This document shows, piece after piece, positions 24,260 through 33,844 of a DNA stretch of 39,448 bases. A program made the translations under genes and the position numbers. The notes beneath the pieces were generated by a model. The model did no database searches. It was not told the origin of the DNA and saw only the letters and a list, made by a program, of their open reading frames with translations. The DNA comes from an uncultured Gammaproteobacteria bacterium (lineage in GTDB: Bacteria; Patescibacteriota; Patescibacteriia; Magasanikbacterales; JBBTQS01), in assembly GCA_964554065.1 (NCBI GenBank), contig CAZKMQ010000002.1, positions 1 through 39,448 of the forward strand. The letters run 5' to 3'. Every line of letters starts with the position of its first letter. The first letter of the stretch is position 1.

Positions 24260-24718
24260 ATGAGTGATGAAACAACAACAAATGACGCTCCAGCAGCAGA
24301 AGCTCCTGCAGCGGCAGAAGAAAAGAAAGATGTTGAAGTGCCTGCTAAGTTCAAAGACTTGGTTGGTGAAATTGAAAAAATGTCTGTTCTTGACCTTGCA
24401 GACTTAGTGAAGATTCTTGAGGACAAGTTCGGTGTAAGCGCTAGTGCTCCAATGGCAATGATGGCCGGGCCTGCAGCAGGAGGTGCTGGTGAAGCAGCAG
24501 AAGAAAAGTCAGAGTTCAATGTTGAACTTACTGGTGCTGGATCAAGTAAGATCGCTGTTATCAAGGTGGTGCGTGAAGTAACTGGTCTTGGGCTTAAAGA
24601 TGCCAAAGATATGGTAGACGCGGCACCAAAGGTGATCAAAGAAAACGCACCTAAAGCTGAAGCTGAAGAGATCAAGAAAAAGATCGAAGAAGCTGGTGGA
24701 ACGTGTGAGTTGAAATAA
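24260..24718 (+). CDS. rplL: 50S ribosomal protein L7/L12
   Basis: It has an Ala/Glu-rich hinge and the conserved C-terminal domain [24 protein letters not shown]...[12 protein letters not shown]. Confidence 0.95.
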   Translation: MSDETTTNDAPAAEAPAAAEEKKDVEVPAKFKDLVGEIEKMSVLDLADLVKILEDKFGVSASAPMAMMAGPAAGGAGEAAEEKSEFNVELTGAGSSKIAVIKVVREVTGLGLKDAKDMVDAAPKVIKENAPKAEAEEIKKKIEEAGGTCELK

Positions 24719-24736
24719 CTTATTATTGTTATTTTA

Positions 24737-24767
24737 AAAGAGCGCCCCGAAGGGCGCTCTTTTTTTA
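24737..24767. terminator. Bidirectional intrinsic terminator
   Basis: The hairpin aaaagagcgcccc gaa ggggcgctcttttttt lies between convergent genes. Confidence 0.8.
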
Positions 24768-27071
24768 CTCTTCTTGAGTAATGTGTCCAAGTTCGAACTG
24801 TCGCAACTCGGTGCCAGCAAGTATCAGTCCAATATTTTTTCGCTCATCAATTGCAAAATCTCGTAGTGATTCCAGATCATCAAAAATGTATTGCACTTGG
24901 AGTTTACCGTCCTCCTTATTAAATACAGCAATTCTTTTTTCCGCAGGATCAAAGATGTACAGCCACTTTGATTCAAACATTGTCCAAATTCGTGTCGCAC
25001 TTTCAAATGATGGGTCAATTCCACCAAGTGTGTACTCTTGTTTCTCACCTTTAGCGTATTGATTGACAGAGCCATCATTGTTGAGCGTCCAAATTAACCC
25101 ATCAATTGTAAAGTTAATTGCATTGGCTAGGTCCGGTGTGCCCTTAGCCCATTGTGTTCCGCTTCCAAATCCTTCTTGGTGGCGTCCGTGCTTGAAGATT
25201 TGGTTTTGTTCTGCTACCAATGTATATAGACGATCGTTGTAAACAAGTGAGTCAGTTATTGCGCCTGCGCCAGGAATATCAAATTCATAAAACTCGTCAT
25301 CAGCTGTGTACTTCCATTGCAAAGCGCTTTCATTAGCGCCATCAATGAAGAATACAAGATCTTCATCAGTTGCAAATGGCACAAGTTGGCCACCTAGAGT
25401 TTCGGTTGCTGTAATTTCCGTACCACGTTCACGCGCTAATAAATTTCCTTCGTTATCATTTACAATAACAAGACCAGTTGTAAGGCGAACATGTTGTGGT
25501 TCGTTCAATCTATATTCAATAGTATTTATAAGTAGGGAAGTGCCTACGTGTTCAGCATGACGAATCTTTTCTTTCAGGTCATCGATGCGCACAGCCAGAC
25601 GGGCAATGGTTTCTTTTTCATCACGCGAGTCAGCAGTTAGGTTTTCCATGCGTGTAATAACGTCATCAATTATCTCGCGTGTTCTGTCTTCTTCATTAAA
25701 GATGAGATTGGATTCAGCAGCGCTGAGCTTAGATTCAATAAGTGAGACCTGAGCTTGGTATGCTGCACGCTTTATCTCTTGAGTTTTGTTGTATTTAAGC
25801 ACGCTCACACTTATAAAGAAAATAATAAGCAAGACAACTCCTGAACTCATAACTATCTTATTAAGCATCGATAGTTTGCCAAAGCGTTCACTTGTTGTTT
25901 CCCATGCATTAGTAAACATTCGTTTCCAGTGGTCAACAAACTCACTGCGCCTTCCACCAAGATTGGTGATTACATAGAAAATAGTTTGCACTACAGTAAC
26001 AGTTGCTACAAATAACCATTTAAGTAGAGACCATACCCACTTACCTGTAACAACTGCTCCTATTCGTGAGTACCTAGCACTGGTGTGTAGTGCTCCTTTA
26101 GCGGCAGCCTTAGCTTGTTGTTTTGTGCGGTTGCTGTATGAGTCAGAAGAAGATTCACGTGATGATTTACGTTCTTCTAACTTGGAACGTAGACGTCCGA
26201 GCACTGATGGTGCAAGCGTCTCTTCTGTGTTTCGTGCTGTGGTAAGTAGGTTGCTGAGTGATTCTACCGGCTTGTTCTTGTTGCTTTTTTTGGTTTTGGT
26301 TTCAGGTGTGGGTGCGTTACGTTCAAGAAGTAGCCCACCAAAAGAAAATCCATTATCAACGTCCTCTAGTGTGTTTTGGAATTGCTTGGTTGATTTTTTC
26401 GGTGGTTTGCCTGATATAAGATTAGTGATTTGCTTGCTGGTAAACCCATCCTCAACATGTGGCGTGCAAAAGAGCACTCGATCTCCAGGGTGAATATCTC
26501 CGGAGATAATATTGTTGAAAAGTTGCTCGTCATCTTCGGTGCTGCCACCTTCTATTATTGCCATCGCACTGTAGTCACCACTTTTTTTGCTATAAGCAAC
26601 AAATCCCAATGGTTCGCCACGTACTGCAAATGATAATGTTGTCTCATTTACAAATCCAACAACAATATGTATTTCTTCTTCATTTGCTTCTATTTGCTTG
26701 AGCAGGGTGTCGCTTTTCTTGTTGATTCGCTCAAGTAAATGCTCGAAGTGTACTGCAATATCTTTGTTCCGAAGTGTTTCATCATAGAATCCAGTCTCCA
26801 ATTCTTCGATCCAGCGATTTAGCGCTTCAATGGTTTTGTAACTGGCTTGGTTGGCCTCAGCCACCATAAATAGGTATCCGCGTCCGTTCTCCTCAGGGTT
26901 TGCTGGTTCTGTGATATGCAAAATAACCTGTGAGCTCTCTGCATCACGGCCTTCTATAAAGAATTCGTGTATATCGATATTGCTTTCAAATCCCTTCATA
27001 GCTTTGACGGGTGGTGGTGTCTCCATTATACTAGAGCTACTATATTGCGCAATGGCATTTTGAGTAAACAT
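24765..27071 (-). CDS. Large membrane protein with an N-terminal PP2C/SpoIIE-like domain, a basic linker, TM helices, a coiled-coil and a beta-rich C-terminal domain
   Basis: IHPGDRVLFCTPHVEDGF resembles the PP2C xGDxLLLxTDG motif. Two hydrophobic helices are WVWSLLKWLFVATVTVV... and IVMSSGVVLLIIFFISVSVL. The C-terminal roughly 280 aa are beta-propeller-like. The start is uncertain (27071, or Met16 at 27026). Confidence 0.5.
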   Translation of the reverse strand: MFTQNAIAQYSSSSIMETPPPVKAMKGFESNIDIHEFFIEGRDAESSQVILHITEPANPEENGRGYLFMVAEANQASYKTIEALNRWIEELETGFYDETLRNKDIAVHFEHLLERINKKSDTLLKQIEANEEEIHIVVGFVNETTLSFAVRGEPLGFVAYSKKSGDYSAMAIIEGGSTEDDEQLFNNIISGDIHPGDRVLFCTPHVEDGFTSKQITNLISGKPPKKSTKQFQNTLEDVDNGFSFGGLLLERNAPTPETKTKKSNKNKPVESLSNLLTTARNTEETLAPSVLGRLRSKLEERKSSRESSSDSYSNRTKQQAKAAAKGALHTSARYSRIGAVVTGKWVWSLLKWLFVATVTVVQTIFYVITNLGGRRSEFVDHWKRMFTNAWETTSERFGKLSMLNKIVMSSGVVLLIIFFISVSVLKYNKTQEIKRAAYQAQVSLIESKLSAAESNLIFNEEDRTREIIDDVITRMENLTADSRDEKETIARLAVRIDDLKEKIRHAEHVGTSLLINTIEYRLNEPQHVRLTTGLVIVNDNEGNLLARERGTEITATETLGGQLVPFATDEDLVFFIDGANESALQWKYTADDEFYEFDIPGAGAITDSLVYNDRLYTLVAEQNQIFKHGRHQEGFGSGTQWAKGTPDLANAINFTIDGLIWTLNNDGSVNQYAKGEKQEYTLGGIDPSFESATRIWTMFESKWLYIFDPAEKRIAVFNKEDGKLQVQYIFDDLESLRDFAIDERKNIGLILAGTELRQFELGHITQEE

Positions 27072-27096
27072 GTGCGCAGATGAAAAATCAATATAT

Positions 27097-27687
27097 ATGC
27101 TTGAACACCTATTTGGTTCAAAGACCCGCGTTCGATTATTGCGATTATTGTATAGAAATCCAGCTCAACAGTACTATGTTCGCGAGATGTCTCGAGAAAT
27201 TAACAGTCAGATTAATGCAGTTCGTCGTGAATTGCAGAATTTAGTTAAGGCTGGATTGGTTGCTGTTGTTGAAAATCCAACTGTTGATCAGATAGAGAGC
27301 ACGCCTGGTGGTACGCGTTGTACCTGGTATGCTTTGTGTCAGGATCATGCATTATATGAAGAGATTGGAGCTCTTATTCTTAAATCTAGGGTGTTTGATA
27401 AGCAGGCACTAGCAAACGAACTACAAAGGATAAGTCCTAATATTCATTCAATGTTGTTTAGTGGCTGTCTTGTTGGTGAAGAGGGTTGTCCGATCGATTT
27501 GTTGTTGATCGGCAAAACGGATATGAAAAAGTTCGATCGTATTATAAAGAAGTATGAGCGTGATTTGGGTAGTACTATTCGATACACTGTCTTTACGCAG
27601 AAGGAATTTAAGGAACGACAACAAATGGTAGATAAGTTCTTGTATGCTATCTATCAAAGTCCTCATGTGATTGTCTATGGAGAATAA
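27097..27687 (+). CDS. Winged-helix transcriptional regulator with a C-terminal nucleotidyltransferase-like domain
   Basis: LFGSKTRVRLLRLLYRNP...YVREMSREINSQINAVRRELQNLVKAGLV is an ArsR-like wHTH. The C-terminal PIDLLLIGK resembles a minimal NTase. The start is set at MLEHLFG; the track start at 27070 would overlap the divergent gene's start codon. Confidence 0.6.
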   Translation: MLEHLFGSKTRVRLLRLLYRNPAQQYYVREMSREINSQINAVRRELQNLVKAGLVAVVENPTVDQIESTPGGTRCTWYALCQDHALYEEIGALILKSRVFDKQALANELQRISPNIHSMLFSGCLVGEEGCPIDLLLIGKTDMKKFDRIIKKYERDLGSTIRYTVFTQKEFKERQQMVDKFLYAIYQSPHVIVYGE

Positions 27688-28075
27688 GATTTATGTTGCG
27701 GTAAATTGTGAGCAGGCAGAGCAGTGTGTTGTGAGATTAATTACGCATGCTAAGGTCAATACAAAAAGTTATGCAGTTCGTGCACAAGATGTACTTAGTT
27801 GTATTGAACAATCATTGAATGAGCATGTGTGTACAATGGAGCAGGTTAGTGGGCTGTTTGTGCAAACCGGAAGCGGTTCATTTATGGCAGGTCGCATCAG
27901 TGTGTCTGCTATTAATGGATTAGCGCAATCATTGAGTGTTCCGGCGCTTTCAGTAGAGGAAATAGCTTTGTTAGATTTTGCTGAGTGTAAGCAATTGTTA
28001 GAATCTTCTCCTATTGACATTTTTGCTATTACCAAGTATGCTAGTGAGCCTAACATACGAGTTAAACAATCATGA
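27677..28075 (+). CDS. tsaB: Short TsaB (YeaZ)-like protein, N-terminal ASKHA half only
   Basis: TGSGSFMAGRISVSAINGLAQSLSVPA matches the TsaB motif GPGSFTGxRIGxxxAxGLAxxxxxP. It is only about 132 aa, against about 230 aa for typical TsaB. Confidence 0.5.
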   Translation: MENKIYVAVNCEQAEQCVVRLITHAKVNTKSYAVRAQDVLSCIEQSLNEHVCTMEQVSGLFVQTGSGSFMAGRISVSAINGLAQSLSVPALSVEEIALLDFAECKQLLESSPIDIFAITKYASEPNIRVKQS

Positions 28076-29595
28076 TTTCTGACTACACAAAGTATAGGAT
28101 CTATGAGATTTTTCCAGGGGCGCTGGTGTGGGTTTTTTTGATTGCTGGTGTTTTCCTTTCATTTGTTAAGCCGTTATGGGTGATTTATTTTATTATCATC
28201 TTTGATATTTATTGGGTGCATCGTGTGATTTATTTTGCTGTATTTCTTACGACGTCGGTTCTCAAGTATAAGCGTGCATTGCGCACTGATTGGTTTGGTA
28301 AATTGCAAAAGGAGAAGTCGGAGTGGGAGGAATATTATCATTGTATTTTTCTACCAGTATATAATGAAGATGTGGGTGTAGTGCGCACGTCTCTTGAAGG
28401 GTTGCTTAAATCAACACTGCCATCATCACGGATGATTGTTGTGCTGGCAGGAGAAGGAAGAAAGCGTGAGCATTTTGAATCGTTTGCGCACCAGCTTAAG
28501 GATGAATTTGGTGACAAGTTCAAGCACTTTTTAATTTCATTGCACCCTGATGATTTGCCGGATGAGATTCCTGGCAAAGGTTCTAACATTCATTATGCTG
28601 GTCATAGGGTACAAGAGTATATTGATGCGCAGAAGATTCCGTATAACCGCGTGATAGTTAGTTGTTTTGATATTGATACTATTGCTCATCCGTCATACTT
28701 TAGCTATTTGACGTATGTTTACTTGAGTCAGCCTAATCCTGAGCGCGCTTCTTACCAGCCGGTACCGCTGTACAATAATAATATGTGGGAGTCGCCATCT
28801 GTGTTGCGTGTGATGGCGTTTGGTACAACTTTTTGGTTGCTTACTGAGTTGCCGCGACCTGATCGAATGGTTACGTTCTCTTCGCATAGTATGAGCTTTA
28901 CTGCATTGGTTGCTGTGGACTTTTGGGAGAAGCGGATTGTAAGCGAGGATTCACGAATATTTTGGCAATGCTATTTGCATTTTGAAGGAGATTATCGTGC
29001 AGTGCCATTATTTTTGCCTGTGTCTATGGATACAGTGCGCGATGATACTTGGTGGGTTAGTATTAAGAACTTGTATAAGCAGCAAAGACGTTGGGCTTGG
29101 GGAGCAGAACATATTCCATACTTGTTGTGGCACTTTCCAAAACACAAGAACATTCCTTGGATGATGAAGTTCAAATATTTGTTCAACATGATTGAAGGAA
29201 AATTTTCCTGGGCCACTGCGGCAATTATGATTTTAGTATTTGGTCGTCTGCCATTGCTTGTTGCAGGAGATGAGGTGCGCAGTACGGTGCTATTTCAAAA
29301 CACGCCGCACATTCTTGAGTGGCTTATGGGAATTGCAATGTTTGGTATTTTGATTTCAATGACGTATAGCTTGATGTTGTTGCCGCGTAGACCAGATAAT
29401 GGAAAAACACCAAGCATGTTTATTATGGCAATTCAGTGGATTTTGTTGCCGATCTCATTGCTTCTTGTTGGTGCGATTCCAGCACTTGATTCTCTTACAC
29501 GTCTTATGACAGGGAATTATTTAGGGTTTGATGTATCTAAGAAAAAACGCGCCATTCCTAGGGTACACACTGACGAAAAAGAATATGCCTCATAA
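28072..29595 (+). CDS. Membrane-embedded family-2 glycosyltransferase (processive type, QxxRW)
   Basis: Motifs are FLPVYNED, SCFDIDT (DxD-like) and QQRRWAWG. It has N- and C-terminal TM helices. Its ATGA overlaps the upstream stop. Confidence 0.7.
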   Translation: MISDYTKYRIYEIFPGALVWVFLIAGVFLSFVKPLWVIYFIIIFDIYWVHRVIYFAVFLTTSVLKYKRALRTDWFGKLQKEKSEWEEYYHCIFLPVYNEDVGVVRTSLEGLLKSTLPSSRMIVVLAGEGRKREHFESFAHQLKDEFGDKFKHFLISLHPDDLPDEIPGKGSNIHYAGHRVQEYIDAQKIPYNRVIVSCFDIDTIAHPSYFSYLTYVYLSQPNPERASYQPVPLYNNNMWESPSVLRVMAFGTTFWLLTELPRPDRMVTFSSHSMSFTALVAVDFWEKRIVSEDSRIFWQCYLHFEGDYRAVPLFLPVSMDTVRDDTWWVSIKNLYKQQRRWAWGAEHIPYLLWHFPKHKNIPWMMKFKYLFNMIEGKFSWATAAIMILVFGRLPLLVAGDEVRSTVLFQNTPHILEWLMGIAMFGILISMTYSLMLLPRRPDNGKTPSMFIMAIQWILLPISLLLVGAIPALDSLTRLMTGNYLGFDVSKKKRAIPRVHTDEKEYAS

Positions 29596-31051
29596 AGAAA
29601 AAAAGTCTCGTCCTTGCATGTGGTTATTTTTTGTTTTCTTCGCGCTTATTGTAGGAGGTGGTTGGTATGGCTACTCTTTTGTAAAAGATGTTTACTCAGA
29701 TTTAAAAAAAGAAGTAGAGATCATATCTGAAGAAATTGGCGAGGGTAGGCTAGAGCAAATTACGCAGATCATGCCGTACTTTTTGGCGCAAGAACAAGAA
29801 CGCACTTTTCTTGTTTTGTTGCAAAATAATACTGAGTTACGTCCTACAGGAGGATTTGTGGGCGCGTATGGGATTTTAACTGTTGATCAAGGTGTAATAA
29901 CTGATTGGTTTGTTCAGGGTTCTGAAGTGCTTGATAATGCAGCCGATGAATCTGTATTAGGATCATCACCTGATCCATTGAAGAAATATATGGCTCAACC
30001 TGTTGCGTATTTTCGTGATGGTAATTGGTCACCAGATTTTCCAACTAGCGCGCAGAACATGCTTGAGCTTTATGATCTTGAAACAGGTGCGCCAAATAAT
30101 TTCGATGGTGTTATAGCTATAACACCCACAGTTCTAGAGGGTGTTATGACACATCTTGGAAGTATAACTGCAGATGGAGTTACTCTTAATGCAGAGAACT
30201 TTACTGAGCGACTTGAGTATGAGGTTGAATTTGGTTATGAACAGCGTGGTGATACTTTTGAAAATCGTAAAGAGTTAATGGGGGAAGTACTTGCAGTAAT
30301 TGTTGAGCGATTTCAGGAGAATTTTATTACGCTGTGGCCAGATATGCTTCGTGTTGCGCTAAAGAGTCTTGACACAAAGCAAATTCTTATGTATTCCAAT
30401 GATGCTGATGTACAAAAAACAATTGTTGCTCAGGATTGGGCTGGAAAAGTGAGTACATTGTCGCCTGAGGTGGATAGCTTCATGGTTGTTGATGCGAACC
30501 TTGCAAGTTTGAAAACCGATCACGCAATAGAACGTAGCTACACTCATCGTGTTTTTAAATCAGAAGAGTCAGGAGAGTGGGAAGGTGAACTGACTATTGA
30601 TTACAAGCATAATGGATCGTTTGATTGGCGAACTTCACGGTATCGAAGCTATACTCGTGTTCTTCTGCCAGAGGGTATCCGGTTTATAAGTGGAACTGGC
30701 GCACTTGTAAAAGATCGGAGTGTTGAACCTGCTGAATTCATCGTGAAAAAAAGTCCGCTTAATAGAACTGAAGTTGCTGGTTTCTTTGCTGTAGAGCCAG
30801 GAAAGACTCATAAGCTGGTGATTCGCTATGCTTTTTCAGATGTAATTGTTAGGTCGATTGATAATGGGTCGTACACATTATTTGTTCAAAAACAACCAGG
30901 CCTAATAGCGCCGCCATTGACGCTTGACCTTGACTTTGGTAAAACTATAACTACTGCCGATCCTTCTGAATCACAGGAGAATTGGGGCGATGACCGCTAT
31001 CAGTTCAGTACTGAACTTAATCAGGACATGAATTTCGCGGTGAACTTCTAG
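29585..31051 (+). CDS. DUF4012-like envelope protein
   Basis: It has a single N-terminal TM helix and the motif LLQNNTELRPTGGFVGAYG, characteristic of DUF4012. The start is set at MPHKEKK. Confidence 0.6.
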   Translation: MPHKEKKSRPCMWLFFVFFALIVGGGWYGYSFVKDVYSDLKKEVEIISEEIGEGRLEQITQIMPYFLAQEQERTFLVLLQNNTELRPTGGFVGAYGILTVDQGVITDWFVQGSEVLDNAADESVLGSSPDPLKKYMAQPVAYFRDGNWSPDFPTSAQNMLELYDLETGAPNNFDGVIAITPTVLEGVMTHLGSITADGVTLNAENFTERLEYEVEFGYEQRGDTFENRKELMGEVLAVIVERFQENFITLWPDMLRVALKSLDTKQILMYSNDADVQKTIVAQDWAGKVSTLSPEVDSFMVVDANLASLKTDHAIERSYTHRVFKSEESGEWEGELTIDYKHNGSFDWRTSRYRSYTRVLLPEGIRFISGTGALVKDRSVEPAEFIVKKSPLNRTEVAGFFAVEPGKTHKLVIRYAFSDVIVRSIDNGSYTLFVQKQPGLIAPPLTLDLDFGKTITTADPSESQENWGDDRYQFSTELNQDMNFAVNF

Positions 31052-31055
31052 AGTT

Positions 31056-32063
31056 ATGTTTATCAAAAAGGTCGGAATCGACCTTGGTACAACTAATGTT
31101 CTGGTATACGTACCTAAGAGAGGGATCATTATCAATGAGCCCTCTGTTGTTGCTATATCAAAAGTTGATCGTAAAGTCTTAGCTGTTGGTAAAGAAGCAA
31201 AGGATATGATTGGGCGCACGCCGGATACTATTGTAGCTGAGCGACCACTTAAAGATGGCGTTATTGCTAATTATAGAACCACTGAAGCAATGTTGCGATA
31301 TTTTATTAACAAGGCGCTTGGAGGAGTACGATTGTTCCGTCCTGAAGTTATGGTTGCTGTGCCTGGTGGTATTACATCAACAGAGCGTCGTGCTGTTATT
31401 GATGCGACTATTGCAGCAGGAGCGCGTGCGGCATACATTATTAAGGAGCCGATTGTGGCAGCAATTGGTGCGGACATCCCGATTGGAAGTGCTTCAGGGA
31501 ACATGGTCGTGGACATTGGTGGAGGAACAGCAGAGATTGCAGTTATTTCTCTGGGTGGTATTGTAAGTAGTGGGAGCGTGCGTATTGGTGGAAATAAATT
31601 CGATAGTGCTATTGCCGAGTTCATTCGTCGTAAGTATGGGTTAGCAGTAGGTGAGCGCACTGCTGAGGATATTAAAATTCAAGTAGGGTCAGCTATGTAT
31701 TTAGACAAAAAATTAGACATGGATGTTCGTGGCCGAGATATGGTTAGTGGTTTGCCGCGTACTATCAATGTTAGTTCGCATGATGTAACTGATGCAGTTC
31801 AGCATGAGCTGCAGGGACTTATCGCTTCTATCAAAGAAGTGTTGCATGACACACCACCAGAGTTATCTGCTGATGTTATGGATAAAGGTATGATTATGTC
31901 TGGTGGGAGTTCTCAGTTGCGTAATCTTGACGAGCTTGTTGCACAAGCAACCGGCGTGCCTACATACTTGGCCGATGAGCCTCTTTTGTGTGTTGCTAAG
32001 GGAACAGGTATTGCACTTGAGAATCTTGAAAGTTACAAGCGAAGTATTCTTGCCACGCGATAA
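31056..32063 (+). CDS. mreB: Rod-shape-determining actin homolog MreB
   Basis: Motifs are GIDLGTTNVLVY, DIGGGTAEIAVISLGG and MSGGSSQLRNLDELV. Confidence 0.95.
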   Translation: MFIKKVGIDLGTTNVLVYVPKRGIIINEPSVVAISKVDRKVLAVGKEAKDMIGRTPDTIVAERPLKDGVIANYRTTEAMLRYFINKALGGVRLFRPEVMVAVPGGITSTERRAVIDATIAAGARAAYIIKEPIVAAIGADIPIGSASGNMVVDIGGGTAEIAVISLGGIVSSGSVRIGGNKFDSAIAEFIRRKYGLAVGERTAEDIKIQVGSAMYLDKKLDMDVRGRDMVSGLPRTINVSSHDVTDAVQHELQGLIASIKEVLHDTPPELSADVMDKGMIMSGGSSQLRNLDELVAQATGVPTYLADEPLLCVAKGTGIALENLESYKRSILATR

Positions 32064-32064
32064 T

Positions 32065-33174
32065 ATGAAGATTGGTATTGATGCATCACGAGCAAATACG
32101 GTGCAGAGGACAGGCGTTGAGAACTACGCTTTTTTTGTTATTCAAGAATTGAAGAAAATTATTTCAGTTGAGCATCAGGTGTTTTTGTATTCACGTGAGA
32201 AGCTTGAAGAGAAGATTGCTCAATTACCAGATCATTGGTCTTCAAATGTTTTGAAAACTCCAGGCAAAAAACTCTGGACACAGCTCAGGTTGTCGTGGGA
32301 AATGTTACGTCGACCAACTGATGTATTATTTGTTCCAGCACATGTTATGCCACTGATTCATCCGAAAAAAACTATTGCTGTAATTCATGACGTGGCTGCA
32401 CTTAGATTTCCAAAGAGTTATTCGTTGTTCGAGCGGTGGTATAATTGGTTCGCCACAAAGCTTGCAGTGAAGCGTGCATGGAAAATTGTAGTGCCGTCGC
32501 AGTTTACTAAAGATGAAATTCTTGAGTTGTTTCCAGTGGTGCGCGCGGAGAAAATTATTGTGGTTGCAGAAGGCTATGATCATATGCAATTTAATTTGGG
32601 CATTGACTCAACGGTATCTGCTCAAGTTCTCGTGCGGTTGGGTATTTCCAAGCCATATATCTTTTTTGTTGGAAGGCTTGAAGATAAAAAAAATATCGTG
32701 ACACTTGTGCGTGCGTATAATCATTTTCGAAAAAGAAATTACGCGCAACTTGTTCTTGGTGGTAAGCCAGGATATGGGTATGAGAAAATAAAACATGTGA
32801 TTGAGCAATCTCCATACAAAAAAGACATTATTGAACTTGGATTTGTAGCACAAGAAGATTTGCCTCATTTGTATGCCGGCGCTAAGGCCTTCTCCTTTGC
32901 AACCAAGTATGAGGGGTTTGGTATTCCTGTTCTTGAAGCACAGGCATGCGGTGCGCCGGCTATAATTCGCCGCGGCAGTGCATGTGCAGAAATTGGTGGC
33001 GCAGCTCAAGTAGGTGAGTCAGTTGAGGATTTGGCCGCGGCACTAGAAAATATTTTTAACCAGGAGCATCCCAAGATAACAAAAGTAGATCAATATTCTT
33101 GGCAACTTTGCGCTCAAAATATCGCCAATATTATATTGTCAAGTAGAAAAAACCACCAGCCCAGTTTGGATTGA
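32065..33174 (+). CDS. Family-4 (GT-B) glycosyltransferase
   Basis: The E-x7-E region is YEGFGIPVLEAQACGAPAI. The start at MKIGIDASR lies 2 nt after the mreB stop. Confidence 0.8.
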   Translation: MKIGIDASRANTVQRTGVENYAFFVIQELKKIISVEHQVFLYSREKLEEKIAQLPDHWSSNVLKTPGKKLWTQLRLSWEMLRRPTDVLFVPAHVMPLIHPKKTIAVIHDVAALRFPKSYSLFERWYNWFATKLAVKRAWKIVVPSQFTKDEILELFPVVRAEKIIVVAEGYDHMQFNLGIDSTVSAQVLVRLGISKPYIFFVGRLEDKKNIVTLVRAYNHFRKRNYAQLVLGGKPGYGYEKIKHVIEQSPYKKDIIELGFVAQEDLPHLYAGAKAFSFATKYEGFGIPVLEAQACGAPAIIRRGSACAEIGGAAQVGESVEDLAAALENIFNQEHPKITKVDQYSWQLCAQNIANIILSSRKNHQPSLD

Positions 33175-33200
33175 TGGTTTTTTGTATAGCGCGTCGTCAA

Positions 33201-33773
33201 CTACTGTATTTCAGCAAGTTGTTCTGCGATGCGCTGTTGGGTACTTTCCAGTACCACACTGTTGGTGTCGCAGTGATAGCATTCCCATGCTGAGCCGTTA
33301 AGCACCAAAGGGAAACTGCTGCATTTGTCGCAGGTCATTTCACGTTGGTCAATACCAAAGCCACACCAGCTACACTGCAATTGAAATGGCCGTTCAAGGT
33401 TTTGAACACGTTTGAGTGTTTTGGGGATCATTTTACAGACTAGGCATCTGAATCCGCCGTCCTTTGTCTTTGCGTGCAGTTCGCCGATGAATTGCGTTAG
33501 AAGAGCTATGATTTCAGGTGCAACCACAGGTTGCTTAGTTGTCAGAGGGTGAAGAGCTCGATGGAGCTTGTCCACAACCGAAGGAATTGACTGCTCTGGA
33601 ATTTCGGTTTTGCGTGCAAGCCTTACTAGTGACTCAATTCCACACCGCGCTACAAGCATTGCCGCGTGGTCTTGAGTGCTGCGAATATGTTGTGGAATTT
33701 CACTGATTTGTTCTCGGAGAATTTCAACCAGTGAAATGTGGAACTTTTGCAGATCTGGCATTTTGTTCTCCAT
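33201..33773 (-). CDS. Hypothetical protein with a C-terminal double zinc-ribbon (four CxxC pairs)
   Basis: The Cys pairs are CLVCK...CSWCG...CDKCS...CYHCD. It is an orphan with no recognisable enzymatic motif. Confidence 0.5.
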   Translation of the reverse strand: MENKMPDLQKFHISLVEILREQISEIPQHIRSTQDHAAMLVARCGIESLVRLARKTEIPEQSIPSVVDKLHRALHPLTTKQPVVAPEIIALLTQFIGELHAKTKDGGFRCLVCKMIPKTLKRVQNLERPFQLQCSWCGFGIDQREMTCDKCSSFPLVLNGSAWECYHCDTNSVVLESTQQRIAEQLAEIQ

Positions 33774-33844
33774 TTATGATCTGGGAAAATCATAGTGTGT
33801 ATTCTTTCAATTGTCAAGTTTGTGCTAAAATACAACCAAATCCT

